Of a DNA stretch of 64,000 bases, positions 43,623 through 53,400 are shown one piece after another (within the stretch, counting starts at the first letter, position 1; each line of letters begins with the position of its first letter). Position numbers and translations under genes: made by a program. Source of the DNA: Opitutaceae bacterium (GTDB taxonomy: Bacteria; Verrucomicrobiota; Verrucomicrobiia; Opitutales; Opitutaceae); the NCBI GenBank assembly GCA_049513315.1, contig JBEKWG010000004.1, positions 52,244-116,243 on the forward strand, read 5' to 3'. A model generated the notes under the pieces. The model had not been told where the DNA came from, made no database searches, and saw only the letters and a program-made list of their open reading frames with translations.

Positions 43623-44123
43623 ATGCACAGCGTCTCCACCGAAACCCTCAAGGACAACGTCTTCAAGCTCATCAGCCAGGACTGGATGCTCATCACCGCG
43701 GGCGATCGCACGAAATTCAACACGATGACCGCAAACTGGGCCGGGTTGGGCTATCTCTGGTACCAGCCCGTCAGCTTCTCGTTCGTGCGGCCCCAGCGCT
43801 ACACCTTTGAGTTCATGGAAAAATACGCCCTCTACACCCTGTCCTTCTTCCCGGAACAATACCGCGAGGCGCTCAGCATCTGCGGCAGCCAGAGCGGCCG
43901 GGACGTCGACAAGGTGCAGGCCAGCGGCCTGACGCCGGCGTTCACGGAAAGCGGCACGCCCTACTTCGCCGAGGCACGGCTGGTGCTGGAATGCCGGAAA
44001 CTCTACGCCCGGTTCCTGGAGGAGCCCGGATTCCTCGACCCGACCATTCCCGCCGACGTTTATCCCGACAAGGATTTCCACCGGCTGTACATCGGCGGCA
44101 TCGTGCAATGCCTGGTCGATTGA
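43623..44123 (+). CDS. Flavin reductase-like (FMN-binding split-barrel) family protein
   Basis: 166 aa from the ATG at 43623 (MHSVSTETLKDNVFKLISQDWMLITAGDRTKFNTMTANWAGLGYLW...SGRDVDK...). The 5' 1.2 kb of the ORF-track entry 42405-44123 is antisense to the GH43-like gene and has shadow-ORF composition. Confidence 0.75.
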   Translation: MHSVSTETLKDNVFKLISQDWMLITAGDRTKFNTMTANWAGLGYLWYQPVSFSFVRPQRYTFEFMEKYALYTLSFFPEQYREALSICGSQSGRDVDKVQASGLTPAFTESGTPYFAEARLVLECRKLYARFLEEPGFLDPTIPADVYPDKDFHRLYIGGIVQCLVD

Positions 44124-44135
44124 AGCGCGACGGCC

Positions 44136-45524
44136 TCAATCCCCCCGCGGGGTCCGGATAGTGCTGAACGGAGTGGCCGGCAGGGCGAATTGTTCGACCG
44201 GATCAGGATGCGCCGGATCAAAGGAGCCGAAATCATCCGTGATGAATTGCGCGAGCGGCAGGCGGTTTTCCTTGATGCCCTGCACCACGCACTTCGCCAG
44301 CTCGTAGGCGCCGTAGTTGTTGTGATGCGTGGCGTCGCGGCCGCTGGCGGAGAAAGCCAGCGGCGCCTTCTCCGAACCCAACGCCTCGTAGAAGACGCGA
44401 CTCATTTGTTCCAGATCGATCAACGCGACGTTTTCCTCCCTCGCCACTTCGCGCACCGCCTCGGGATAGTCACCGTGCGAGTTGCGGATCTTCCCGCCAG
44501 CGTCGAACTGCCGGCGCTGCATCGAGGTCACCAGCACGGGCGTCGCCCCGCGCAGCCGCGCCTCCGCGATGAAGACCTTGAGATAGGCCTGGTACGTGGT
44601 GTGCGCCTCCACGTAGGTCTGCGGCCAGTTGTGCTTCTCGTCGTTGTGGCCGAACTGGATGAACAGGTAGTCGCCCTTTTTCATCTGGCTCAGAATCTTC
44701 GCCAGCCGCAGGCCGGTGATGAAGGATTTCAGCGTCTCGCCGGACTCGGCGTGGTTGGCGACGGCCACGCCCGGTTTGAAAAAGCGCGGCAGCATCTGGC
44801 CCCAGCTGGCGCCCGGTTCGCGCGGCTGGTCGGTCACGGTGGAGTCGCCCGCGAGAAACACCGTGGGCACGTCGTCCGCCCTGGTAATCTCGAGCGCGCA
44901 GACGCAGGACCGCCCCGGCGCTGCGCCGGGGTTGAATTCCAGTGTGAGCTTGTCGTCCCAATCGAGGACCAGCCCGTCCGGGCCGTTTTCCTTTTCCCGG
45001 CGGTTCAAGTCCACGCGGTCGCCGCCCGGGGCGTTCTCCGGCGGCGGCGGAAGCTGGCTGTTGCGGATGTTGACCGTGAAGGTGCGCGCCTCGAATTTGC
45101 CGGGCTCGGTCCGGACCTTTTCCAGCATCAGCCGGCGCGATTCGGCCTTCACTGTCGTGACCGATTCGCCGGCGGCGTCGCCGAGCGTAACCGTCACGTC
45201 GTAATTCCCCTCCGGCAGACTGACCGAGAAGAAGAACGGCTTGTCGCTGGTGCAGAAGTGCCCGTGCAGCGCGTCGTCCCCTCCCCGATTGATGCCAGTG
45301 ACCGTTGAGCCGAGATCGAATCCGTAACCGGTCTCTTGAGAATAGATCGTGGCCGGAAGCACCTGCGTGTAGCCCGGCGCGACCCTGCCGGGACCAAAAG
45401 CGAACTTCCATGTCGTGATCTCCGCGGCGCGGAGCGTGACCGGGGAAAGACTGAAGCTCAGACCAAGACTGACAACGGCCATCAGCCAGCCATTGCGGTG
45501 CGGGTGCGGACAGTGGGGTTTCAT
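44136..45524 (-). CDS. CE12 rhamnogalacturonan acetylesterase with about 230-aa N-terminal beta-sandwich-like extension (paralogue 1)
   Basis: 462 aa from the ATG at 45524; an alternative ATG lies at 45482. SGNH blocks: VFLAGDSTV, ESGE, IQFGHNDEK, DATHHNNYGAYELAKCV. The N-terminal domain carries GYGFDLGSTVTGINRG and FFFSVSLPEGNYDVTVTLGD. Confidence 0.85.
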   Translation of the reverse strand: MKPHCPHPHRNGWLMAVVSLGLSFSLSPVTLRAAEITTWKFAFGPGRVAPGYTQVLPATIYSQETGYGFDLGSTVTGINRGGDDALHGHFCTSDKPFFFSVSLPEGNYDVTVTLGDAAGESVTTVKAESRRLMLEKVRTEPGKFEARTFTVNIRNSQLPPPPENAPGGDRVDLNRREKENGPDGLVLDWDDKLTLEFNPGAAPGRSCVCALEITRADDVPTVFLAGDSTVTDQPREPGASWGQMLPRFFKPGVAVANHAESGETLKSFITGLRLAKILSQMKKGDYLFIQFGHNDEKHNWPQTYVEAHTTYQAYLKVFIAEARLRGATPVLVTSMQRRQFDAGGKIRNSHGDYPEAVREVAREENVALIDLEQMSRVFYEALGSEKAPLAFSASGRDATHHNNYGAYELAKCVVQGIKENRLPLAQFITDDFGSFDPAHPDPVEQFALPATPFSTIRTPRGD

Positions 45525-45595
45525 ACGAAAGGAAGTCAAATCAGGATCTGGTTGCGTCGGGCAGTGGGGGTGCGCTCCGTTCGGCGTCGAACCGT

Positions 45596-45650
45596 AGCGC
45601 GGCCTTTCAGACCGCGCTTTCGTCACCAGCGCAGGCTGAAGCTCTGCGCT
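45596..45650. repeat. Pair of similar 7-bp-stem hairpins between the two esterase paralogues
   Basis: Hairpin 1 is agcgcgg-N9-ccgcgct (45596-45618). Hairpin 2 is agcgcag-N9-ctgcgct (45628-45650). Both stems are perfect and the two are in direct orientation. Confidence 0.5.
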
Positions 45651-45698
45651 ACGGACATCTGCTCCGTCCATGGGTTGGATTTGCGACGCGAACATTCG

Positions 45699-47111
45699 TC
45701 AGTTGCCGAAAGGCTTCTCGATCATGACCACCGGGCTGGGCGGCACGGCGAAGCTTGCGACCGGATCAGGATGGGCCGGGTCGAATCCTTGGAAATCGTC
45801 CGCGATGTATTTCGCGATGCCGAGCCTGGCGTCCTTGATGCCCTGGAGGACGCACTTGGCGAGTTCGTAGGCGCCGTAGTTGTCGTGATGGGTGTTGTCC
45901 ACCTTGTCCGGTGCCGGCCGGGCAAAGGCCAGCTTCGACTGCTCCGGCCCCAGCGCCTCGTAGAAGGGAATGCTCATGGCGTTGAGGTCGATGAAGGCGA
46001 CGTTCAGCTCCCGCGCGGCCTGGCGCGCCGCCTCGGCGTAATCCGCCAGCGTCGGCTTGATGCGGCCGTTTTCATCAAATTCGCGCCGTTCCATCGGCGA
46101 CACGATCACGGGAGTCCCGCCGCGCCGGCGGACGGCGTCGACGTGCTGCTTGATCTCCGCCTTGTAGGTGGTGAACGGGCCGCCGGTGCCCGCCGCGATC
46201 TGCTTCTGATCATTGTGGCCGAACTGCATGATCAGGTAGTCCCCCGGTTGCATCACGCTCAGGATCTTGTCGAGGCGGCGCCGGCCGATGGAGTCCCGGT
46301 AGGTTTCGCCCGACTCCCCGTGATTGGCGACCGCCACCTCGGGCTTGAAAAACCGGGTCAGCATCTGTCCCCAGCTCGCGTACGGCTCGCGTGACTGGTC
46401 GCAGACCGTGGAGTCGCCGAGCAGAAACACCGTGGGCACGTCCGCCTTCGTGATTTCGATGGCGCAGACGCAGGACCGCCCCGGCGCTGCGCCGGGGTTG
46501 AACTCAAGGGTGATCCGGTCGTCCCACGCCCAGCCTTCCTGAATCGATTCGCGCGGGGCCTTCAATTTGACCTCGCCCGCCGGGATGTCGTCGGTGGCGG
46601 CGATCTGCGGCGTGCGGGTGTTCACGATGAAACTGACCGTCGCGAACTGCCCGGGCGCCGTATGGACTTTCTCCACCATCAGCCGCCGCAACTCGGCCTT
46701 GATCGTGGTGGTCGTCTCGCCCGCGGCGTCGCCCAGCGTGACCGTCACCCGGTAGTTCCCCTCCGCCGGCACCCGGACCGAGAAGAAGAAAGGCCGGTCG
46801 CTGGTGATGAAATCGCCGCGCAGGGGATCGCGGCTTCCCCGGTCGATGCCGGTGACGGCTGCGCCGGGCTCAAATCCATAACCGGATTCGCGGGCATAGA
46901 CGGTGGCCGGCAGGATCGGAATGTACCCATCCGCGACCGCCCCGGGACCGAAATCGAATTTGTACAATGCGGTCTCCCCGGCGGGCGCGGCAGGGACCAG
47001 CGCCAGGGCCAGGCCGGCAGCCAGTCCGAGCGGGAGAAGCGGGTTGCGCCGACAGGCCGGCGCAGCGAAACGCAGGTGTGTGCTGATGAGGGATGAGGAG
47101 GGGATTTTCAT
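45699..47111 (-). CDS. CE12 rhamnogalacturonan acetylesterase with N-terminal extension (paralogue 2)
   Basis: 470 aa. Same architecture as 44136-45524: GYGFEPGAAVTGIDRG, FFFSVRVPAEGNYRVTVTLGD, VFLLGDSTV, MQFGHNDQK, DNTHHDNYGAYELAKCV. The ATG at 47109-47111 overlaps the upstream stop by 4 nt. Confidence 0.85.
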   Translation of the reverse strand: MKIPSSSLISTHLRFAAPACRRNPLLPLGLAAGLALALVPAAPAGETALYKFDFGPGAVADGYIPILPATVYARESGYGFEPGAAVTGIDRGSRDPLRGDFITSDRPFFFSVRVPAEGNYRVTVTLGDAAGETTTTIKAELRRLMVEKVHTAPGQFATVSFIVNTRTPQIAATDDIPAGEVKLKAPRESIQEGWAWDDRITLEFNPGAAPGRSCVCAIEITKADVPTVFLLGDSTVCDQSREPYASWGQMLTRFFKPEVAVANHGESGETYRDSIGRRRLDKILSVMQPGDYLIMQFGHNDQKQIAAGTGGPFTTYKAEIKQHVDAVRRRGGTPVIVSPMERREFDENGRIKPTLADYAEAARQAARELNVAFIDLNAMSIPFYEALGPEQSKLAFARPAPDKVDNTHHDNYGAYELAKCVLQGIKDARLGIAKYIADDFQGFDPAHPDPVASFAVPPSPVVMIEKPFGN

Positions 47112-50100
47112 CGCACGAGGGTCACGCTCATGAGGCCGATGACGACTTCATTGGCGAGCGTGCGGACGGTAAGCGATTTCAGTTCCTTCTCCGGCTGCAG
47201 AGGCAGGTCGAGCACCGTGGCGGCGCCGCCGGGTATTTTGCGCCCCTGGCCCTTGAGCTCAATCTCAGTGAGGAACCGGACCCTGCCGGTTTTCAAATCC
47301 ACGCGCGGCGGGATTGGTCCGGTCCGGTGGAACTGATAATCGTCGATGAAGTAATCCTGGTCGATCGGCCACCACGTCGTCGGGTTGTGCAGCGCCAGGC
47401 GGGCGGTCGAGCCGTCGGCGTAGGTCACGACGACCTCGCCGTTGTCGAGCCGGCTCTGCATCCAGTTCGTCGAGCCGGCCAGCAGCAGGTACGCGTGCCG
47501 GGCCCGGCCGCCCAGCGGCACGGTCGCCTCCCGCGGAAAGTTGTTCCACTGCGAGGTGAAGACGATGTTCGGTGCGTCGCCCGGGCCCGGCGTGGCGAAC
47601 GGCACGCCGTTCGGCAGGACGAGGCGACCGCCGTTGGCGCCGGCGGCGGCGCGCAGGCCGGAGTCGTCGATCTCGGCCGAGGCGTTGACCTCGCCGGCCC
47701 AACCGCCGAGGCCCTGTTTCGGAATCGCCAGGGAGCAATAGGGCGAGCGCGGCGAGCGGTACTCATGTTGGAAGATATTTGTCACGCGGTCGTTGAAGTA
47801 CGGCGCGAGATCAATGGTCTCGAATTTCGCCGCCCCCGGCATAGGCGTGCGCCAATCCGTGCCGGTGTACGAGGCCGTTGTTGCGCTCCACGGTTCCACC
47901 GTTTCGACCGGCGCGGCCGGCGCCGCGCCCTTCCATGTCACCACGATTTCCACCCTGGCAGTAAGCGGACAGCGGACCTCGACATACGAGCGCGGCGCCG
48001 ATCCATCGAGCCGCCGCCATTCGGCCGGCCGGCCATCGACCGCGACGGCCGCGTCGTCGCCTCGCGCGGCAAGCTGCAGCCGCAGCGCCAGCGGTTTTCC
48101 GAAGCGCGACTCGATCGTGAACGCCTCCGTCTCGCCCGCCCGGCGCCAGGCGACACTCACGTCGGGATGCTGCAGGCTCGCGTGCGTCCACGCCGCGGGG
48201 AACCCCGGCGCCACGTCCAGTTCGCCGGCCAGCAGATCGGGTTTCACGCCGAACAGGCCTTCGACCAACGCCCGCGCCAGCACGCCGCCGCCGTCGGCGA
48301 AGTCGCGCTGCGACTCGCGGCGATAGACGTCGAGGTAGTTCATCGAGCCGACGTTGCCCGGACAGATGCCCATGAACATGCTCGCGAGCAGCGCGCTCTT
48401 CATGAGCCGGTAGGCCTCGTCGGCGCGCCCCGCCTGCCAGTAACCGAGGGCGGCATGCACGTTCTCGCCCATCACGACGTTGTTGACCGACCAGGTGTAC
48501 GGCATCCAGTCGGTCGTCGAGAGCACATGGTAATTGTCGTCCGCGGGCACGCCGGGTCCGCATACCGGCAGGTGCGGGATCCTTCGGTCGACATCCATCG
48601 TCATCCGCCATGCCTCCGTCGGTGTCGGCAGTCCGGAATCCATCGTGTGGTAGAACGTCCACAAACCCGCGCTGGGATGCACGAGCTGCAATCCGAGCAG
48701 ATCCTTGAACTCGGCGAACATGCCGCGGTCCGGGAGCCAGAGGTATTCGCGCAGGGCGCGGGCGATGAGTTCCGCCTCCTGTTGATAAGGCGCGGGATCC
48801 CGGCCCAACAGCCGCGCGAGCCGTGCCGCCATGCGATTGTGCCAGTAATTGTAGGCCGAGGCGTACGCCACGCCGCCGCCGTGATACTGCAGGTCGTCGC
48901 TCGCCCAGATGCAGGCGTACGCCTCGTAGAGGGGCAGCTTCTCCGGACCGAACTCGCGGCGGAACAGCCGTCGCTCCCACGCGAGGTGCCGCTCGATCAC
49001 CGGCCACACCTGCCGAGCGAATTCGAGATCGCCCGTCCACAATAGGTGCCGGAACAGCGCATCAATGTAGACGAGGTTCATGTCGTAGTGGCTGTTCGAG
49101 ATGTCGCCGTTGCTGTGCAACGCGGCTTCACTGCGCGCGAGGCTGGCGTTCTCGTCGGGCGGCGGGAGCTTTGTCGGGACCGGATCGTTGTTTTGCCGTG
49201 CCGCCCAGTAAGCAAAGTGCCGCCGCGCCCGGGTGTGCCAGCCGAGCGCGTCCGGCGCATACGGCCCGCGCCAGCCGGGCAGCGCGGTCCGCCACGCGAC
49301 CGCGCCGTGCATCACCGCGCCCTGCGATTCGTCCCACGCGGCGTCAACCGCCACGTTGAGCGCGGCGACGGCAGCGCTAAGATAGGGATCGGGCGTGTCG
49401 ACCGCCACCTGGCTGCGCAGCGCGGCGAAATGGGCCTCCGCCTCCGCAAACACCGCCGGCAGTTCGTCATTCCGGTAGGCGGATCGCAGCGAGACCACCG
49501 CCGTCCCGCGGCCGATGCCCGGGCGTTCGGCGGTAACCGCACGATAGGTGTCGAGTTCCTCTGCCGTCACGGCATTGCCTCCGGCCACGCGCTGCAACGC
49601 GAGGAACAGCGGCGCATCGTTGGCGAGCGCCACGCGCCCGGTCACGACCGGCAGCGCCGCTGATTTTCCCGCCGAGGCGAGCAGGCTGGCGCATGATGAC
49701 CACTGCGCCGCGTCGGCCACCGCCAGTTCGGCGCCAACCGGCGTCAGGCCGACAATCGTCGCGGTTTTGCTGTGGAGCGTGAACGTGCAGTCCGAAAGTT
49801 CGAAGCGGTTGTCGCGGCAAAATTCGGACTGGAGCTGGAAATACTCGCCGATCGGCACCGACTCGGTGCCGATGTCGCCGTCACGCCGGCCGCGCTCGCC
49901 GTTGATGCCGCCGTAGGCCCACACCAGCTCGACGCCCGCCGCGACGGCGTGCGCCTCGGCCCGCACGATCAATCCCTCGGTCTGGTCCAGCGCCAGCACC
50001 GCGAGGCACACCACGCCGCCACCGCCGAGCAGCGGATCGCGGATTTCATAAAACATCTCTCCGGGCCGGTAACGCGCACTGACGCGGGCCGCCTCGTGGA

Positions 50101-50443
50101 GCCACTTCGCGCCAGCGGCGGCGCGCAGCCCCAACCGCAGGTTGCCGCCGCGACCCGGCAGGTAGAGCGTGAACTCGGGCCGGTCACCGGCATCGATGCG
50201 AAAGGCCGTGTTCCCGCCGTAGAGCGGGCGGTTGAAAAACTCCGCGCCATTCTCGATGACGAAATCGGTGCCGTCAGGCCGGTAGCGCAGCGAACGCCCG
50301 ATCCGATCCACCAGGTTCGGCGTGACCGACGGCGCGCCGGGCGACTGCGCTTGAAGCAGTCCGGAGGAACCGGCGGTGACCATGCAAAGCAGGACCAGCC
50401 GCGTCGCCGTCGAGATCCAAGGCAGCCACCGAAACAGGCGCAT
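47108..50443 (-). CDS. Large secreted protein of unknown function (1111 aa); central (alpha/alpha)6-barrel-like region, possibly a DUF4450-type N-terminus
   Basis: Signal peptide MRLFRWLPWISTATRLVLLCMVTAGSSGLLQAQ. No catalytic motif of a family I can name. The helical-repeat core runs from about DPYLSAAVAALNVAVDAAWD to GGGVLARALVEGLFG. The beta-rich C-terminal region is about 260 aa. It is translationally coupled (ATGA) to the esterase gene downstream. Confidence 0.8.
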   Translation of the reverse strand: MRLFRWLPWISTATRLVLLCMVTAGSSGLLQAQSPGAPSVTPNLVDRIGRSLRYRPDGTDFVIENGAEFFNRPLYGGNTAFRIDAGDRPEFTLYLPGRGGNLRLGLRAAAGAKWLHEAARVSARYRPGEMFYEIRDPLLGGGGVVCLAVLALDQTEGLIVRAEAHAVAAGVELVWAYGGINGERGRRDGDIGTESVPIGEYFQLQSEFCRDNRFELSDCTFTLHSKTATIVGLTPVGAELAVADAAQWSSCASLLASAGKSAALPVVTGRVALANDAPLFLALQRVAGGNAVTAEELDTYRAVTAERPGIGRGTAVVSLRSAYRNDELPAVFAEAEAHFAALRSQVAVDTPDPYLSAAVAALNVAVDAAWDESQGAVMHGAVAWRTALPGWRGPYAPDALGWHTRARRHFAYWAARQNNDPVPTKLPPPDENASLARSEAALHSNGDISNSHYDMNLVYIDALFRHLLWTGDLEFARQVWPVIERHLAWERRLFRREFGPEKLPLYEAYACIWASDDLQYHGGGVAYASAYNYWHNRMAARLARLLGRDPAPYQQEAELIARALREYLWLPDRGMFAEFKDLLGLQLVHPSAGLWTFYHTMDSGLPTPTEAWRMTMDVDRRIPHLPVCGPGVPADDNYHVLSTTDWMPYTWSVNNVVMGENVHAALGYWQAGRADEAYRLMKSALLASMFMGICPGNVGSMNYLDVYRRESQRDFADGGGVLARALVEGLFGVKPDLLAGELDVAPGFPAAWTHASLQHPDVSVAWRRAGETEAFTIESRFGKPLALRLQLAARGDDAAVAVDGRPAEWRRLDGSAPRSYVEVRCPLTARVEIVVTWKGAAPAAPVETVEPWSATTASYTGTDWRTPMPGAAKFETIDLAPYFNDRVTNIFQHEYRSPRSPYCSLAIPKQGLGGWAGEVNASAEIDDSGLRAAAGANGGRLVLPNGVPFATPGPGDAPNIVFTSQWNNFPREATVPLGGRARHAYLLLAGSTNWMQSRLDNGEVVVTYADGSTARLALHNPTTWWPIDQDYFIDDYQFHRTGPIPPRVDLKTGRVRFLTEIELKGQGRKIPGGAATVLDLPLQPEKELKSLTVRTLANEVVIGLMSVTLVR

Positions 50444-50489
50444 GAGGTGAAACGTGTCGTCCCCGCTGATTCAGCCGATCCCGTGATTT

Positions 50490-53400
50490 TCAATCAGCCG
50501 GTTTCATCACCGGCAGTCCGGCCGTAAACGTGTAATTACCGGAGTCCACCTCATAGACCGCGCAGCGGCCGGCCATGCGCAGGAAACGGACACCTTCGCT
50601 CTGCCCGGCGGTCTGCCGGCCTTCCCGCACCGTGTTGGCGTTCCGGGTCGGTACGTAAATCGTGGCGGTCGTGTTGGCCGGGATGCTCACCTGGAGCGTG
50701 AATTGTGCGCCCGCACGCTGCCATGCGCTTACGATCCGGCCGCGGACAGAGTCGTAGCTTGCTTTCACCCAGGTCAGATCGCCAACGACCGCGGGCTTGA
50801 TGATGATCTTCTTGAAGCCCGGTCCGGTCGGGTCGCCCTGGATGCCGGCCAGATCGTGGTAGAACCACTCGTTGATCTGCCCGAGCATGAAATGATTCTG
50901 CGACGCCCGCGGACTGGCGTCCCACGCCTCGGTCAGGCTCGTGGCGCCGTGCTTGAGCTGATAGCCGTAACCGGGCTTGTCCGACTGGTTGTTCAGGTCG
51001 AAGACCACCTCGGAGCGGCCGCCGTCGGCGAGCGCGCGCAGCAGGTAGCGGTAGCCCACGTCGCCCGCCGTCAGCGCGTTGCCCCGGTCGCGCACGTCCT
51101 TGACAATGGCCGCCAGCACCCCGGCTCGCCGCGCCGGCTCAACGAGGTTCATCACCAGCGGGATCGCGTTGGCGCATTGCGATCCCTTGGCGTAGCAGCC
51201 CGCCGCCGGATCGAAGAAGGTTTGATTGAAGGCCGCGCGGATCTGGCCGGCCAGTTCCCGATATTCGCCGGCCTCGCCGCGTCTTCCCAGCAACGCCGCC
51301 ACCCGGGCGAGTATCCACGCGTCGTAATAATAAAAGGCCGTCGCCGTCAGCGCGATCGGCGTGAGCTGCGCGTAACCGGGCGGATTGGGCCCGAGGTCGT
51401 ACCAATCCCCCAGCCCGTGCGAGAGGATGTGACCGGTGGCCTTGCCGCCGAGGTAGGCCACGTAGCGCCTCATCCTCGCATAGGAGCGCCGCAACAACTC
51501 CACGTCGCCCGTCCATTCATATTGCTGCCACGGGATCAACACGCAGGCGCTGCCCCACTCGGGGGAATCCCGGAATCCCTCCGCGAACTTGATATATTCG
51601 GGGGCGATGTCGGGCACGAGGCCGCTGTCCAGCTGGCTGTCGGCCATGTCGTTCACCGTCTTCGCCATCAGCCGGGCCAGATCGAATTCGTAGCGGAGCG
51701 CCGGGCCGTTGAGATGATTCTGCTCGAGCCAGCCGAGCCGCTCCCGGTGCGGGCAGTCGGTCATCACGCTCATCATGTTGCTGCGCTGGGCCCAGCGCAC
51801 GAGCGTGTGAATGCGGTTGAACAGCTCGTTCGAGCAGGCGAACTCGCCAGCCGCGGGCGCCGCCGCCTGCACCACCACCCCTTCGAGCGACTCGACGACC
51901 GGCAGCTCCTGCCCCGCCGGCGCCGTGCATTCGACCTGCAGATAACGGCAGCCGTGATAGAAGATCTGTGGGAACCAGTTTTCCTCACCGCGGCCCGCCA
52001 GCGTGTATTGCCACCACGCCGGTCCGCGTCCGCCACACGAACCCCGGTCGACGGAACCATCCCCGGCGAGCAGCTCTGCGGGAATGATTCGCACGACCGC
52101 GCCCGCCGGACCGTGCAGCTTGAGCCGCAGCATCACGGCGGCGTTCTGCCCGAGATCGCAGACCGTCACCCCCGGACGGAGGTCGGTGACCTTGACCGGC
52201 TTGAATATCTCGTACGGCCGGATCGGCGGCGCGGCATGGGAATGCCCGCGCAATGTCCCGCCGGGACCACCGAACACAACCGCCCGCCTCCACTGCCGGT
52301 CATCAAAGCCCGGCGAGTCCCAGCCGCGGGGCTCGAGGCGGGCGTCATAATCCTCGCCACCGTACATGTTGGCGAAAGTGACCGGGCCCGGCGCGACCCG
52401 CCACCGGTCGTCCGTGACGACCGTCTCCACCGTGCCATCGGCATATTCGAGCCGGAGCTGGCCGAGGGCGGTGAGCGGGCGGAACGGGGTGACGAACTTC
52501 ACGAAACGGCCCTCCTGCACGTTGTACATGCCGCCGGCGAGCGCGAGCCCGGCGGCGTTGGCGCCGGGGTGCAGCAGCGCGGTGACGTCGAGCGTGTCGT
52601 AAAGGCAGGTCTTTTCATAATCGGTCCAGCCCGGCGCCAGCAGCCCGGCGCTCGCCCGGACACCGTTGAGCGTGAGTTCGTACTGGCCGAGCCCGCAAAC
52701 CTGCGCGAGGGCACGGCGCAATCCCGGCCGCACCCTGAACTCGCGCCGCAGCAGCAGTGTGTCGTTGGCCCGCGGATTCGCGCCCGGTGCACCCAAACCG
52801 TCGACCAGTGCGGTCGCGGCCCACGGCGCCCGCTCCCAACTGTCGCTGGCGGTCACCGCGGCGCCGACCGCGATGTTGCGACCGCCCGAAATCACCTCGA
52901 TCTGACTGAGCGCGAGGCAGGCCTGACCTTCGGTGACCCGCAGCCGCGTGGCGGTCAGGCGTACGTAACGGGCGGTGACGCCCTGCGCCGGCAGCTCGAT
53001 GTGCACGGCCCATGGATTGGGATAATCCTTGTCGCCGCAATCGGCGATCAACGTGTACGCATAAAAGGCGGGGTCGTCGGAGGCCTCGAGTTTGAACCGG
53101 CGGGGAAAGCCCAGCGCCTCGTTCACGGTGTGCCGCAGGGCGTGCAGCCGCACGGCGTCAATCGTCCGGGGTGCGCCGAGGTCGAGCTGCACCCATTTCC
53201 TGGTTTCGGCGTCGGTCGTTTCTTCCGAGTGATAGCCGAGGAGCGGCCGCTGCCAGTGGAGCAGTTCGGGATCGGTGATCCAACAGGCCGACCAGCCTGT
53301 CGGAGCGAGCACGCCCATGGTCCAAGTCGCGACGGCACTCCACGCCGAAGCGTGGCCTCGTCGATCCCATACCCGCACTTTCCAGAACACCTCCTGCGAA

